Source: Nitrosomonas europaea
Lineage (GTDB): Bacteria > Pseudomonadota > Gammaproteobacteria > Burkholderiales > Nitrosomonadaceae
Assembly (NCBI RefSeq): GCF_900167395.1
Contig: NZ_FUWK01000032.1
Coordinates: 914 to 32,913, forward strand
Direction: 5' to 3'
Length of the DNA: 32,000 bases
Made by a program: the position numbers and the translations under genes. This document shows positions 1 through 8,014 of this stretch, one piece after another. The notes below the pieces were generated by a model that was not told where the DNA came from, ran no database searches, and saw nothing but the letters and a program-made list of their open reading frames with translations. Position 1 is the first letter of the stretch; each line of letters begins with the position of its first letter.

Positions 1-657
1 TCCATCTTGGAGATAGACGATCAAGGCAGCCTGAAATTTCAAGGAAAATCCATTACTGCAGACGATCTTTATAGAGAATTATGCTCTATCGAGGTCACAC
101 TTCCTGCATCGAGCAAAGGAGATTCTGTTGACATGGATTTTGAGGGATTGCTGTTTCAACAGCGCATAGCCAACCATCCGGAAATTACAAAACTGACTGG
201 ATTTAAAATGCTGCAAACGATCAGAATCTGCACGCATGTAACCGATAATAATCAGGTTGAGATACTTTTCGCTTTTATGAAGCTTGCTGGCCAGGAAGGC
301 CTAGCCGATGCCTTTAATCTTGGCAAAACCGGTAATATGCTGGCAAAAATCGATCCAGCCACAGGCAAGTTTTGCAATGTCTATGCAATGGATCAGCAGC
401 AAGGCTATCTTGTAGAAACCACTCACCATGCAGTAACACAAGCAAATTTGCTAAATTTTACCGTTCCTCATTGGCAGGCATGTTTGACGCTAGCCATGAA
501 ATTATCCACCACTTTCCTGCCATTGCGTGCAGTCGGATGGGATATTGCCATTACTGACAACCGCCCTGTGGTACTCGAAGGCAATGACAACTGGGTGCCT
601 GTTGTCCCCTTTGATATCAACATCGATAAGCTCAAGCAATACAAACTGAAATCTTGA
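1..657 (+). CDS. sugar-transfer-associated ATP-grasp family protein (ATP-grasp_ST-like), C-terminal part; 5' end lies outside the window
   Basis: The frame is open from base 1, with stop TGA at 655-657. Several blocks align by eye with the 665-1750 ORF: VGWDIAITDNRPVVLEGNDNW vs IGWDVAVTNEGPFLIEGNVFW (ATP-grasp ExN Mg-binding motif), LQTIRI vs LQSLRL, and FTVPHW vs FTIPFW. Confidence 0.6.
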   Translation, partial: SILEIDDQGSLKFQGKSITADDLYRELCSIEVTLPASSKGDSVDMDFEGLLFQQRIANHPEITKLTGFKMLQTIRICTHVTDNNQVEILFAFMKLAGQEGLADAFNLGKTGNMLAKIDPATGKFCNVYAMDQQQGYLVETTHHAVTQANLLNFTVPHWQACLTLAMKLSTTFLPLRAVGWDIAITDNRPVVLEGNDNWVPVVPFDINIDKLKQYKLKS

Positions 658-664
658 TAGAAAT

Positions 665-1750
665 CTAGTTCACGAGAGGCGCATTCAGCGCCATAAGCAA
701 TTGACATATAGCCTGCATACTCCCCTCTTGAGGCGTTAACGGATCCCAGAAGACATTACCTTCAATTAAAAAAGGACCCTCATTGGTCACCGCAACATCC
801 CAACCGATAGTCCGTAATGGAGCAAATGCTTTCTGGGCATTCAGAACAAGCACTACACATTGATTCCAGAAAGGAATTGTAAATTCTGTTTTCTTTCCAC
901 TGATATCTTCAATATAGTCATAACGCACCAGATACTTTTTTATGTGATCATACTTAATGAAGCTCTCAATTTTTCCGTACTCATCAATTAAACATAGACG
1001 CCCATTACTTATTCCCCATGAAAAATTATCAATCAGGTTTCCTTGTTTAGGAAACTTGATTTTTCGAATAATCAGTTTGGGCTGACCATTTTCATCAAGA
1101 CAGGTAATCAAACGCAAGCTTTGCAAAACTGTATTCCCCGTAAATTCCGCAATAGCTTGATGACTGTATAACCTTTTTTGCAAGATATATCGATCAGGGT
1201 TTTCAGCTAGTATTTTCTTGAATACATCACGTAATGACAAACTTAAATCGGTAGTAAATCGATGTACACCATCCACAAAATCCAAAGCTGATACCCCTTT
1301 ACCATGGTAACCATAGACGGGCTTCATAATAATGTCAAAAGGATAACGAGCCAATCCATCCAACAAATTATTTTTGGTCTCAATGCCCTGCCCATTCTCC
1401 CAATAGGATTGGCCATTTGGGTCAAAAACTGCTACTAATTCGGGAACAGATAAGTTGTTCTTAATACAGTGATGATGAAATGCAATTTTATCTTCCGTTA
1501 GATACCAATGTGAAGCAGGATTCACTTTTTTCTGTAAATGCAGAAAGCATTCTTTACTGATCATCCCATTACGTTCTTCATTATTCCAGGATGGGTTAAG
1601 CAAATCTTCCATGAATATCTCCACTGGCGAATACTGCTCTGATGTCGCCAGCTGAAGAAAGCGCAGGTAGCTCGCTATTTTTGGATAATGATTAACTCTG
1701 GTTATCTCATTTACCTGCTTGACAGCAGCATACAATTTTTGAAGTTTCAC
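665..1750 (-). CDS. sugar-transfer-associated ATP-grasp family protein (ATP-grasp_ST-like)
   Basis: 361-aa ORF with GTG start at 1750 and TAG stop at 665-667. ATP-grasp features: IIMKPVYGYHGKGV (Lys/Gly-rich loop), YILQKRL, and C-terminal LIEGN. It is the last gene of the co-directional eps operon, 18 bp after the previous gene. Confidence 0.6.
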   Translation of the reverse strand: MKLQKLYAAVKQVNEITRVNHYPKIASYLRFLQLATSEQYSPVEIFMEDLLNPSWNNEERNGMISKECFLHLQKKVNPASHWYLTEDKIAFHHHCIKNNLSVPELVAVFDPNGQSYWENGQGIETKNNLLDGLARYPFDIIMKPVYGYHGKGVSALDFVDGVHRFTTDLSLSLRDVFKKILAENPDRYILQKRLYSHQAIAEFTGNTVLQSLRLITCLDENGQPKLIIRKIKFPKQGNLIDNFSWGISNGRLCLIDEYGKIESFIKYDHIKKYLVRYDYIEDISGKKTEFTIPFWNQCVVLVLNAQKAFAPLRTIGWDVAVTNEGPFLIEGNVFWDPLTPQEGSMQAICQLLMALNAPLVN

Positions 1751-1768
1751 TACGATATAGAGTATGGA

Positions 1769-2842
1769 TTAGGTTAGTTTTGAATATAAATGAGGAACTG
1801 GATCAGTTATTGCTTGAACAAATCCGCGCACACTACCCACCGAGAGATTTTTCCAACCTTTATGTGGTAACAACAATTGCTTCCATAAGGAACCAGCCAG
1901 ACAATAGCGCCCTTCTCCAGATTTTTCAGAAATTTTAGGCAACGTCCCTGTTTTTGTGTAATGAATGCCCATTTCGATAAAATTTAATCCCTGCCACATC
2001 GAAGCAGAAATGGTATACCAAGCTCTGGGATTACATTCGATCACATATAATTTGCCATCACGTGCATCAATACGCATGTCAAAATGAGCCAACCCCTCGT
2101 AATGGAAAGCTTGAACCAATCGTGTAGCAATCGCATGCATTTCCGGATGTTGAGTAAACTCAAGTACCCCATCTTCCAGCCAGGATTGGACGGTATTGCA
2201 CAGTATTCGATCATTCGCAGCCAGAATACTGATATCGATATCGCGCCCCGGTATATACGACTGTACAATCAACGGTAATTGTGCGTAGTGTGAGTCCTGT
2301 TCGATATACGTACGCAAAGCTTGAAGATTATCCAAACGCACCACCCCGTGACTAGACTCAGCCTCTAATGGCTTTACAATGAGTGGAAAACCAACTGGAT
2401 CAAGAGTGCTGGTATCAAGCTGATCAGAAGATGTCAACAGGATTGTCGGAGGGATAGGCAATCTATATTTCGCACAGGTTTGTGCAAAAGACCACTTATT
2501 ATGTAATGTATCCAGTATCACCTGATCACTACAAGGAAAGCATGGTAAATCTGGATAAGCCTTTTTTGTGGCCGCTAAGAACGCCGCACTGCCCATGTCA
2601 GATGGCAATATGATATCAAAATTCTCCCCTTGAACTCTCTCTCTCAGTAATTGCTGAGTCTTTACAGATGGCAGACCATCCTGCCAAAATTGAACCTCAC
2701 TATGTCCATCCGTATAACGAGAATATTTAAGTATTCGTGCACCGCGCGGCCCCGCTGTCTGAACAAAAGCATTCATGCCCTTCAAGCAATATAATACCTT
2801 CAACCCCAATGGACCAGATTCACAGAGCAACAATACTTTCAT
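1769..2842 (-). CDS. ATP-grasp domain protein (carboxylate-amine ligase type)
   Basis: 357-aa ORF. Motifs: PLIVKPLEAESSHGVVRL, LIVQSYIPGRDIDISILA, and HFDMRIDARDGKLYVIECNPRAW (the ExN motif of the ATP-grasp fold). Confidence 0.65.
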   Translation of the reverse strand: MKVLLLCESGPLGLKVLYCLKGMNAFVQTAGPRGARILKYSRYTDGHSEVQFWQDGLPSVKTQQLLRERVQGENFDIILPSDMGSAAFLAATKKAYPDLPCFPCSDQVILDTLHNKWSFAQTCAKYRLPIPPTILLTSSDQLDTSTLDPVGFPLIVKPLEAESSHGVVRLDNLQALRTYIEQDSHYAQLPLIVQSYIPGRDIDISILAANDRILCNTVQSWLEDGVLEFTQHPEMHAIATRLVQAFHYEGLAHFDMRIDARDGKLYVIECNPRAWYTISASMWQGLNFIEMGIHYTKTGTLPKISEKSGEGRYCLAGSLWKQLLLPHKGWKNLSVGSVRGFVQAITDPVPHLYSKLT

Positions 2843-2908
2843 GATATTTACATATAATCCAAATAATAAGACGATATAAGTTTAAGTAAAAACTACTCTG
2901 ACCTTAAT

Positions 2909-3847
2909 CTAGGCCTTGGATCGAAATAGTTTTTTTATGGCCGCTTTCACACCAAATTTATCCAGCATTCGAACAATGCCATCCGATAATTTGTCGCTGC
3001 TCGCATGCAGTGCCACTTTGATTAAATTGAGCCAGGTACGCCGAAAATAATACACATCTGCACAATATTGATTGTTGGTTGCAAAAAATGCCTTATGCGC
3101 ACCTTCTCCCTCGGTAAAATCAAAGATTTTTATATGACTTGCCGTAAACATACGCTGCAAAGCAAAATATTGCAGTAGAGTACCGGGAGACCAACGTTGA
3201 TATTCCGGGTCATGACCCACGTATTCGTAGAGAGCAATCCCGTCATGTACTGGACAATAAATATAAGCGATCGGCTTTTTCTGATAAAAAAGAAGATAAC
3301 CTCGTACGTTATCCTCAGCAGCAAGCGCTAGCATATTCTCTTGAAATTGTTGATCAGAAGGTAAACCACAATCGAGCAGCCGCTCCTGATAAGTTTTTTG
3401 TGAAACTTCCATTGCCAGCTTATAAAATTCATGCATTTCTTCCGGTTTGCAATATTCCCTCCAATCTATCTCTCCTCCTGATAACTCAGCAAATCTTTTT
3501 ATTTTTCGCAAGAGTGTGTTTCTGGATTTGGCAGAAAATTTTTTCAGATAATCTTCAAAATTGCCATCAAGTACGACCCAGTATCGTCGATAGCTTGAAG
3601 GAATATACTGAATCGCTTGGGGCAATATGCTTAGCTTAGCTAGCGATGATTCTATCGGATGAGAACGTGTCACTACTACGTCAACAGAATCTCTGAATAA
3701 TTTTGGAAGCTCTGCCGGTACGGTTGGATGGATAGGAAGTTTAGTGAAATGAGTTTTCAGTACGCAGGCATTCAATGGCCAGGCGAGAACACTCATTTCT
3801 CCCAATCGCACAGTGAAGTTTATTGATTGCCTGGACCATTCTTCCAT
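2909..3847 (-). CDS. CelD/BcsL-like GNAT-fold acyltransferase (Acetyltransf_6 / FemAB-fold)
   Basis: 312-aa ORF. Characteristic blocks: FSAKSRNTLLRKIKRF, GYLLFYQKKPIAYIY, WSPGTLLQYFALQ, FDFTEGEGAHKAFFAT. The ATG at 3847 overlaps the upstream TGA by 1 nt (TGATG). Confidence 0.6.
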   Translation of the reverse strand: MEEWSRQSINFTVRLGEMSVLAWPLNACVLKTHFTKLPIHPTVPAELPKLFRDSVDVVVTRSHPIESSLAKLSILPQAIQYIPSSYRRYWVVLDGNFEDYLKKFSAKSRNTLLRKIKRFAELSGGEIDWREYCKPEEMHEFYKLAMEVSQKTYQERLLDCGLPSDQQFQENMLALAAEDNVRGYLLFYQKKPIAYIYCPVHDGIALYEYVGHDPEYQRWSPGTLLQYFALQRMFTASHIKIFDFTEGEGAHKAFFATNNQYCADVYYFRRTWLNLIKVALHASSDKLSDGIVRMLDKFGVKAAIKKLFRSKA

Positions 3848-4839
3848 CAGAAAAACCTTGAATGGATCTGCTCAGCATAACGCTTAATCGTATGATGCAG
3901 ACGAGAATATAAAATTTTCTGTGGCCTTATTTCAGGAATCGTTATTGGATCAAGCTCGGAAAACAGAGTAGTTCTAAATTTATCGGGATGATCAGATAAA
4001 AATTTACACAAATGATTAAAGCGACTGATATTCAATTTATCCGGCAAACTTAATTTACCGATACTTCTGCCTTTAACTAGCTCAAAACTATGCAAGACAA
4101 TTACAAATGAAAACCAGCCTTGTCGCCAGGCATTGAGTAAGACTGTTTCCATTTCTTTTGTAGAACATGCTGCCAGTTGGACATGTCGCCAATGGTTTGG
4201 ATAATCCTGAAAAAAAGAAATAGGGAATTCCCATACACCCTCAATCTTACATGGCTGAAGCAACTGTTCATTCAGATCAATCTTGCAATCTTCGCCCAGA
4301 TAGCAAGAGTTATAGCTGGAATCAAACAACAGCTTATTTTGTGCTACAGCGCGTAACGTATCCCGATTAGCACCATAACCTCCAGCGCGAAAGGCATGTA
4401 GTTCTTTTACGCCAGCTGCCTGAAGACTGCGTATTCCCTTTGCAATTAAGGTCACCTGCTCATCTAAAGTGAATTGATGCATGTATTGCTTAAAATGGAC
4501 AGGAATAGTTGGATCATAAATTTCACTGAGCCATTCAGTATGCAAGTGTAGCTGGACTTCCTGGTCATTACGTTGAATCAAATCAACTATGTCTGCAAGA
4601 TGATTGCTGCCAATCCGGTCAGCAAACAGTGGCTCCAGAAAATAAGTGGCTTTTAATCCATACTGATTAAATCGCTCAATTTGATAAGGCAGCCCGAATT
4701 CACCTTCAGATGTTTTGCCATAAAAGCATGCAGCAATTTCTTCATCAAACGCTATTTTATACGGTGACAAGGCACGTACCGGCCAGCCATCGGAATAAGG
4801 CCATAGCTCAGTGTCAACGGTGAGATAAACGTTCAACAT
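3847..4839 (-). CDS. polysaccharide deacetylase-like (CE4/NodB-fold-like) protein
   Basis: 330-aa ORF with AGGAG 4 nt upstream of the ATG at 4839. Its motifs parallel the core deacetylase at 11955-12803: YLTVDTE vs LTIDVED, HLHTEW vs SHGYAHH, and FRAGGYG vs YRAPSFS. Confidence 0.45.
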   Translation of the reverse strand: MLNVYLTVDTELWPYSDGWPVRALSPYKIAFDEEIAACFYGKTSEGEFGLPYQIERFNQYGLKATYFLEPLFADRIGSNHLADIVDLIQRNDQEVQLHLHTEWLSEIYDPTIPVHFKQYMHQFTLDEQVTLIAKGIRSLQAAGVKELHAFRAGGYGANRDTLRAVAQNKLLFDSSYNSCYLGEDCKIDLNEQLLQPCKIEGVWEFPISFFQDYPNHWRHVQLAACSTKEMETVLLNAWRQGWFSFVIVLHSFELVKGRSIGKLSLPDKLNISRFNHLCKFLSDHPDKFRTTLFSELDPITIPEIRPQKILYSRLHHTIKRYAEQIHSRFF

Positions 4840-4887
4840 TGAACTCCTGCCCCCCAGTCGAGAATCCTATGTTTTATTAAATCAATA

Positions 4888-6822
4888 TCAGGCAACCTTT
4901 TTATCCTGCCCGGTATATGACATATTCCCCATACTAAGTATGTTGCGCAAAAAAGCCTCAAACATCAATAGTGTCCAGATAGGTGCACTGTAATCCCGTC
5001 TGCCGGATTGGTGCTGGTCAAGCATTTTTTTGATGAATCCCATATCAAAAATTCCGGTACCAGCCAGTGTATTGCCCAGTAACGCAGTGCGCACACGTTC
5101 ACGTAATGGGCCGCGGAACCAGCTGGCCAATGGTACTGAAAAACCCATCTTGTTCCGGTAAAGCACTTCGTTCGGTAAATAGGGTTCCAGTGATCTTTTG
5201 AGAATATATTTTCCTTCCTGTTGACGTAACTTCATGGAGGCAGGCAACCCCGAAACCCATTCGACCAGTTCATGATCCAGCAGCGGGACCCGCACTTCCA
5301 GTGAATGCGCCATACTGGCACGATCCACCTTGGTCAGAATATCGCCCACCAGATAAGTTTTCATATCCAGATACTGAATCAGTGATAAAGCATCTTTTGT
5401 CGGGCTTTTATCCGCATAATCACGTAATACCTCTACCGCCCGATAGCCCTGCAGATCACGATAAAAATCCCGGGTAAATAACTGCATACGCAGCTTATTA
5501 TCCAGAATGGATACGCTGTGGAAATAACCTTCCACGGAATCGCGCGCAAGTGATTCAAATGTAGTTTTGGCACGCAGGAATTTCGGTGCCCAGTCCGCCT
5601 TAGGATAAACACTGCCCAACAGACCAAATAAAGGTTTACGCAATCCCAATGGTAATTTTGAACGCAACCGTTCCTCTATCATGTGCCAGCGATAACGGCG
5701 ATAACCGGCAAAATTCTCATCTCCTCCATCTCCGGAAAGCGCTACTGTCACCCGTTTCCTGGCTAACTCACAGACACGATAAGTCGGAATAGCAGAGCTA
5801 TCAGCAAATGGTTCATCGTAGAGCGCAGCCAGTCGATCGATGAGATCAAAATCATCTTGCTGAACCTGTTCAGTAAAATGCCGGGTCTGGTAGCGTTCAG
5901 CAACCAGCCGGGCATAATCCGATTCATCAAAAGCGGGATCGGAAAAAGCGATTGAACAGGTATTGACCGGTTCTTTCATCAGCCCCCCCATCATCGCAAC
6001 GACAGCACTGGAATCCACTCCACCGGAAAGAAATGCACCCAGCGGTACTTCACTCATGAGGTGACTATCCACCGCATTTCGCAATCGGAGAATCAATTCT
6101 TCTGCAGCTTCCTCTTCACTCAGAGAACCGTGCGGTGTAAACGGTATATCCCAGTATTCGCGGGATTGCACAGTCTGTTGCCCACGCTGCAATGACAACA
6201 GATGGCCAGGATTCAGTTTGAAGGCATTTTTAAAAATAGTTTTTGGCTCGGGAATATAGCCATAAGCAAAATAGTCTTCTATCGCCCGATGATCGAACGT
6301 TTTGTCAAAATCCGGATGAACCAGCAAGGCTTTGAGTTCCGAGGCAAACAGAAATAATCCGTTATCCAGCAGGGTATAGTAAAACGGTTTGATACCCAGC
6401 CGATCACGTGCCATGAACAATGTTTGCCGGTTACGATCCCACACACCAAAGGCAAACATACCACTGAAACGTTCGACACAACGTTCACCCCATTCTTCCC
6501 AGGCATGTACGATCACTTCCGTATCGCAATGGGTACGAAATCGATGCCCCAGCGCTGTCAACTCTCCGACCAGTTTCTGGAAATTATAGATTTCACCATT
6601 GAAGACAACGACCACGCTGCCATCTTCATTGAACAATGGCTGCTGACCGCTGGATACATCCATGATCGACAGGCGACGGTGCCCTAATCCCAGCCCTGAT
6701 TCAACATATACCTCTCCTTCATCCGGACCGCGATGCGTCAGTGTTTCATTCATGCGATGAAGCAGATTACGGTCGATCTCACTTGTACTGCGCGTATCAA
6801 ATACACCTGTTATGCCACACAT
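4888..6822 (-). CDS. asparagine synthase (glutamine-hydrolysing) family; exosortase A system-associated amidotransferase type
   Basis: 644 aa. The N-terminal MCGITG supplies the Ntn glutaminase Cys2. SGGVDSS is the PP-loop. The gene follows the second glycosyltransferase, as in conserved XrtA loci. Confidence 0.9.
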   Translation of the reverse strand: MCGITGVFDTRSTSEIDRNLLHRMNETLTHRGPDEGEVYVESGLGLGHRRLSIMDVSSGQQPLFNEDGSVVVVFNGEIYNFQKLVGELTALGHRFRTHCDTEVIVHAWEEWGERCVERFSGMFAFGVWDRNRQTLFMARDRLGIKPFYYTLLDNGLFLFASELKALLVHPDFDKTFDHRAIEDYFAYGYIPEPKTIFKNAFKLNPGHLLSLQRGQQTVQSREYWDIPFTPHGSLSEEEAAEELILRLRNAVDSHLMSEVPLGAFLSGGVDSSAVVAMMGGLMKEPVNTCSIAFSDPAFDESDYARLVAERYQTRHFTEQVQQDDFDLIDRLAALYDEPFADSSAIPTYRVCELARKRVTVALSGDGGDENFAGYRRYRWHMIEERLRSKLPLGLRKPLFGLLGSVYPKADWAPKFLRAKTTFESLARDSVEGYFHSVSILDNKLRMQLFTRDFYRDLQGYRAVEVLRDYADKSPTKDALSLIQYLDMKTYLVGDILTKVDRASMAHSLEVRVPLLDHELVEWVSGLPASMKLRQQEGKYILKRSLEPYLPNEVLYRNKMGFSVPLASWFRGPLRERVRTALLGNTLAGTGIFDMGFIKKMLDQHQSGRRDYSAPIWTLLMFEAFLRNILSMGNMSYTGQDKKVA

Positions 6823-6834
6823 ATTTTTATCCGG

Positions 6835-7998
6835 TCAGTTGATCGTTTCAGTTTTTGATTTATAACCCAGTACCCGATCATAAACCGCAAGATAACCATT
6901 TGTCATTGAACGCATACTGAACTGCTGCTCAATGATTGCTCGTGCATGCTGTCCGTGCTTGTATACCGCGGTATTATCCTGATGATATTGACTTATTGCA
7001 CGGGCCAGCGCGACCGGGTCTCCCGAAGGCACCAGACGGCCGGTTTCCCCCTCCAGAACCAGTTCGGTATTGCCTCCCACTCGAGTTGCAATAACCGGCA
7101 GGCCACTCGCCATGGCTTCCAGAACAGTATTGGAAATTCCTTCCCCCAAAGAGGGCAGTACGAACACATCCATTGCCTGCATCAGCTGAGGAATGTCGTC
7201 ACGTTCTCCCGGAAGCCAGGCAAATTGCTCAACTCCGGCTGAGCGCAGCATGGCCTCGCATTCTGCTCTCGCCACACCCTCTCCTGCAATGATGAGCCGT
7301 AATGGCCTGTCGATTTCAGATAATTCATTTCGCAACATCAGAAAAGCCTGTACCAGTGTCGGAAAATCCTTGACTGCCGCCATTCGGCCAACACTCCCCA
7401 CAACGAATGGCCTGCCAGCGAAGAAATCCGGAGGAAATATCTCGACCGGAACAGTGCCACCTGGATGGAAACGCAGATGTTCCACGCCGTTATAAATCTG
7501 GTGTACTTTCACTGGAGATACCTTCACCGTATCAATCAACCAGTTTTCCAGATCTTTACTGACGGTAATGAAGTGGTGGATAAACGGGCGAATTGCCTTG
7601 CGCAACAGATTGTATTTCCAGTTTTTACCGTCGAGGTCAAAAATATCCCGGCCATGTTCCCCATGCACCCGTGCCTTCACACCTGCCACAGCAGCAACCA
7701 CCTGCGCTTCCATAGCTGTGAGATTACGCGTGTGCACGATATCCGGCTTAAGTTGCCTGAACACTCTGTAAAGTTTGCCGTAGACACTGAAATCTTTTCC
7801 TTCGCGTTTGTTCAGCGCAATGATCTCGACATCATCCCGGTTAAGGCGTTTGTGAAATTCCGAGAATCCCTTGAGGCAAATGATGGCATGCCGGTAACGA
7901 TCCGCAGGAATATGATTGATCAGATTCACCAGACCATTTTCGAGCCCGCCTACTCCCAGATGAAAAATCACATGCACAATCAGAGGAGGATGGGACAT
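6835..7998 (-). CDS. group 1 (GT4) glycosyltransferase, PEP-CTERM/EpsH1 system-associated type
   Basis: The ORF-track start at 8058 is a TTG that overlaps xrtA by 44 nt. I prefer the internal ATG at 7998 (MSHPPLIVHVIFHLGVGGLENGLVNLINH), which leaves a 16-bp gap. GT4 EX7E region: PSLGEGISNTVLEAMASGLPVIAT. Confidence 0.8.
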   Translation of the reverse strand: MSHPPLIVHVIFHLGVGGLENGLVNLINHIPADRYRHAIICLKGFSEFHKRLNRDDVEIIALNKREGKDFSVYGKLYRVFRQLKPDIVHTRNLTAMEAQVVAAVAGVKARVHGEHGRDIFDLDGKNWKYNLLRKAIRPFIHHFITVSKDLENWLIDTVKVSPVKVHQIYNGVEHLRFHPGGTVPVEIFPPDFFAGRPFVVGSVGRMAAVKDFPTLVQAFLMLRNELSEIDRPLRLIIAGEGVARAECEAMLRSAGVEQFAWLPGERDDIPQLMQAMDVFVLPSLGEGISNTVLEAMASGLPVIATRVGGNTELVLEGETGRLVPSGDPVALARAISQYHQDNTAVYKHGQHARAIIEQQFSMRSMTNGYLAVYDRVLGYKSKTETIN

Positions 7999-8014
7999 TA
8001 CTCTGATCTCCGCC

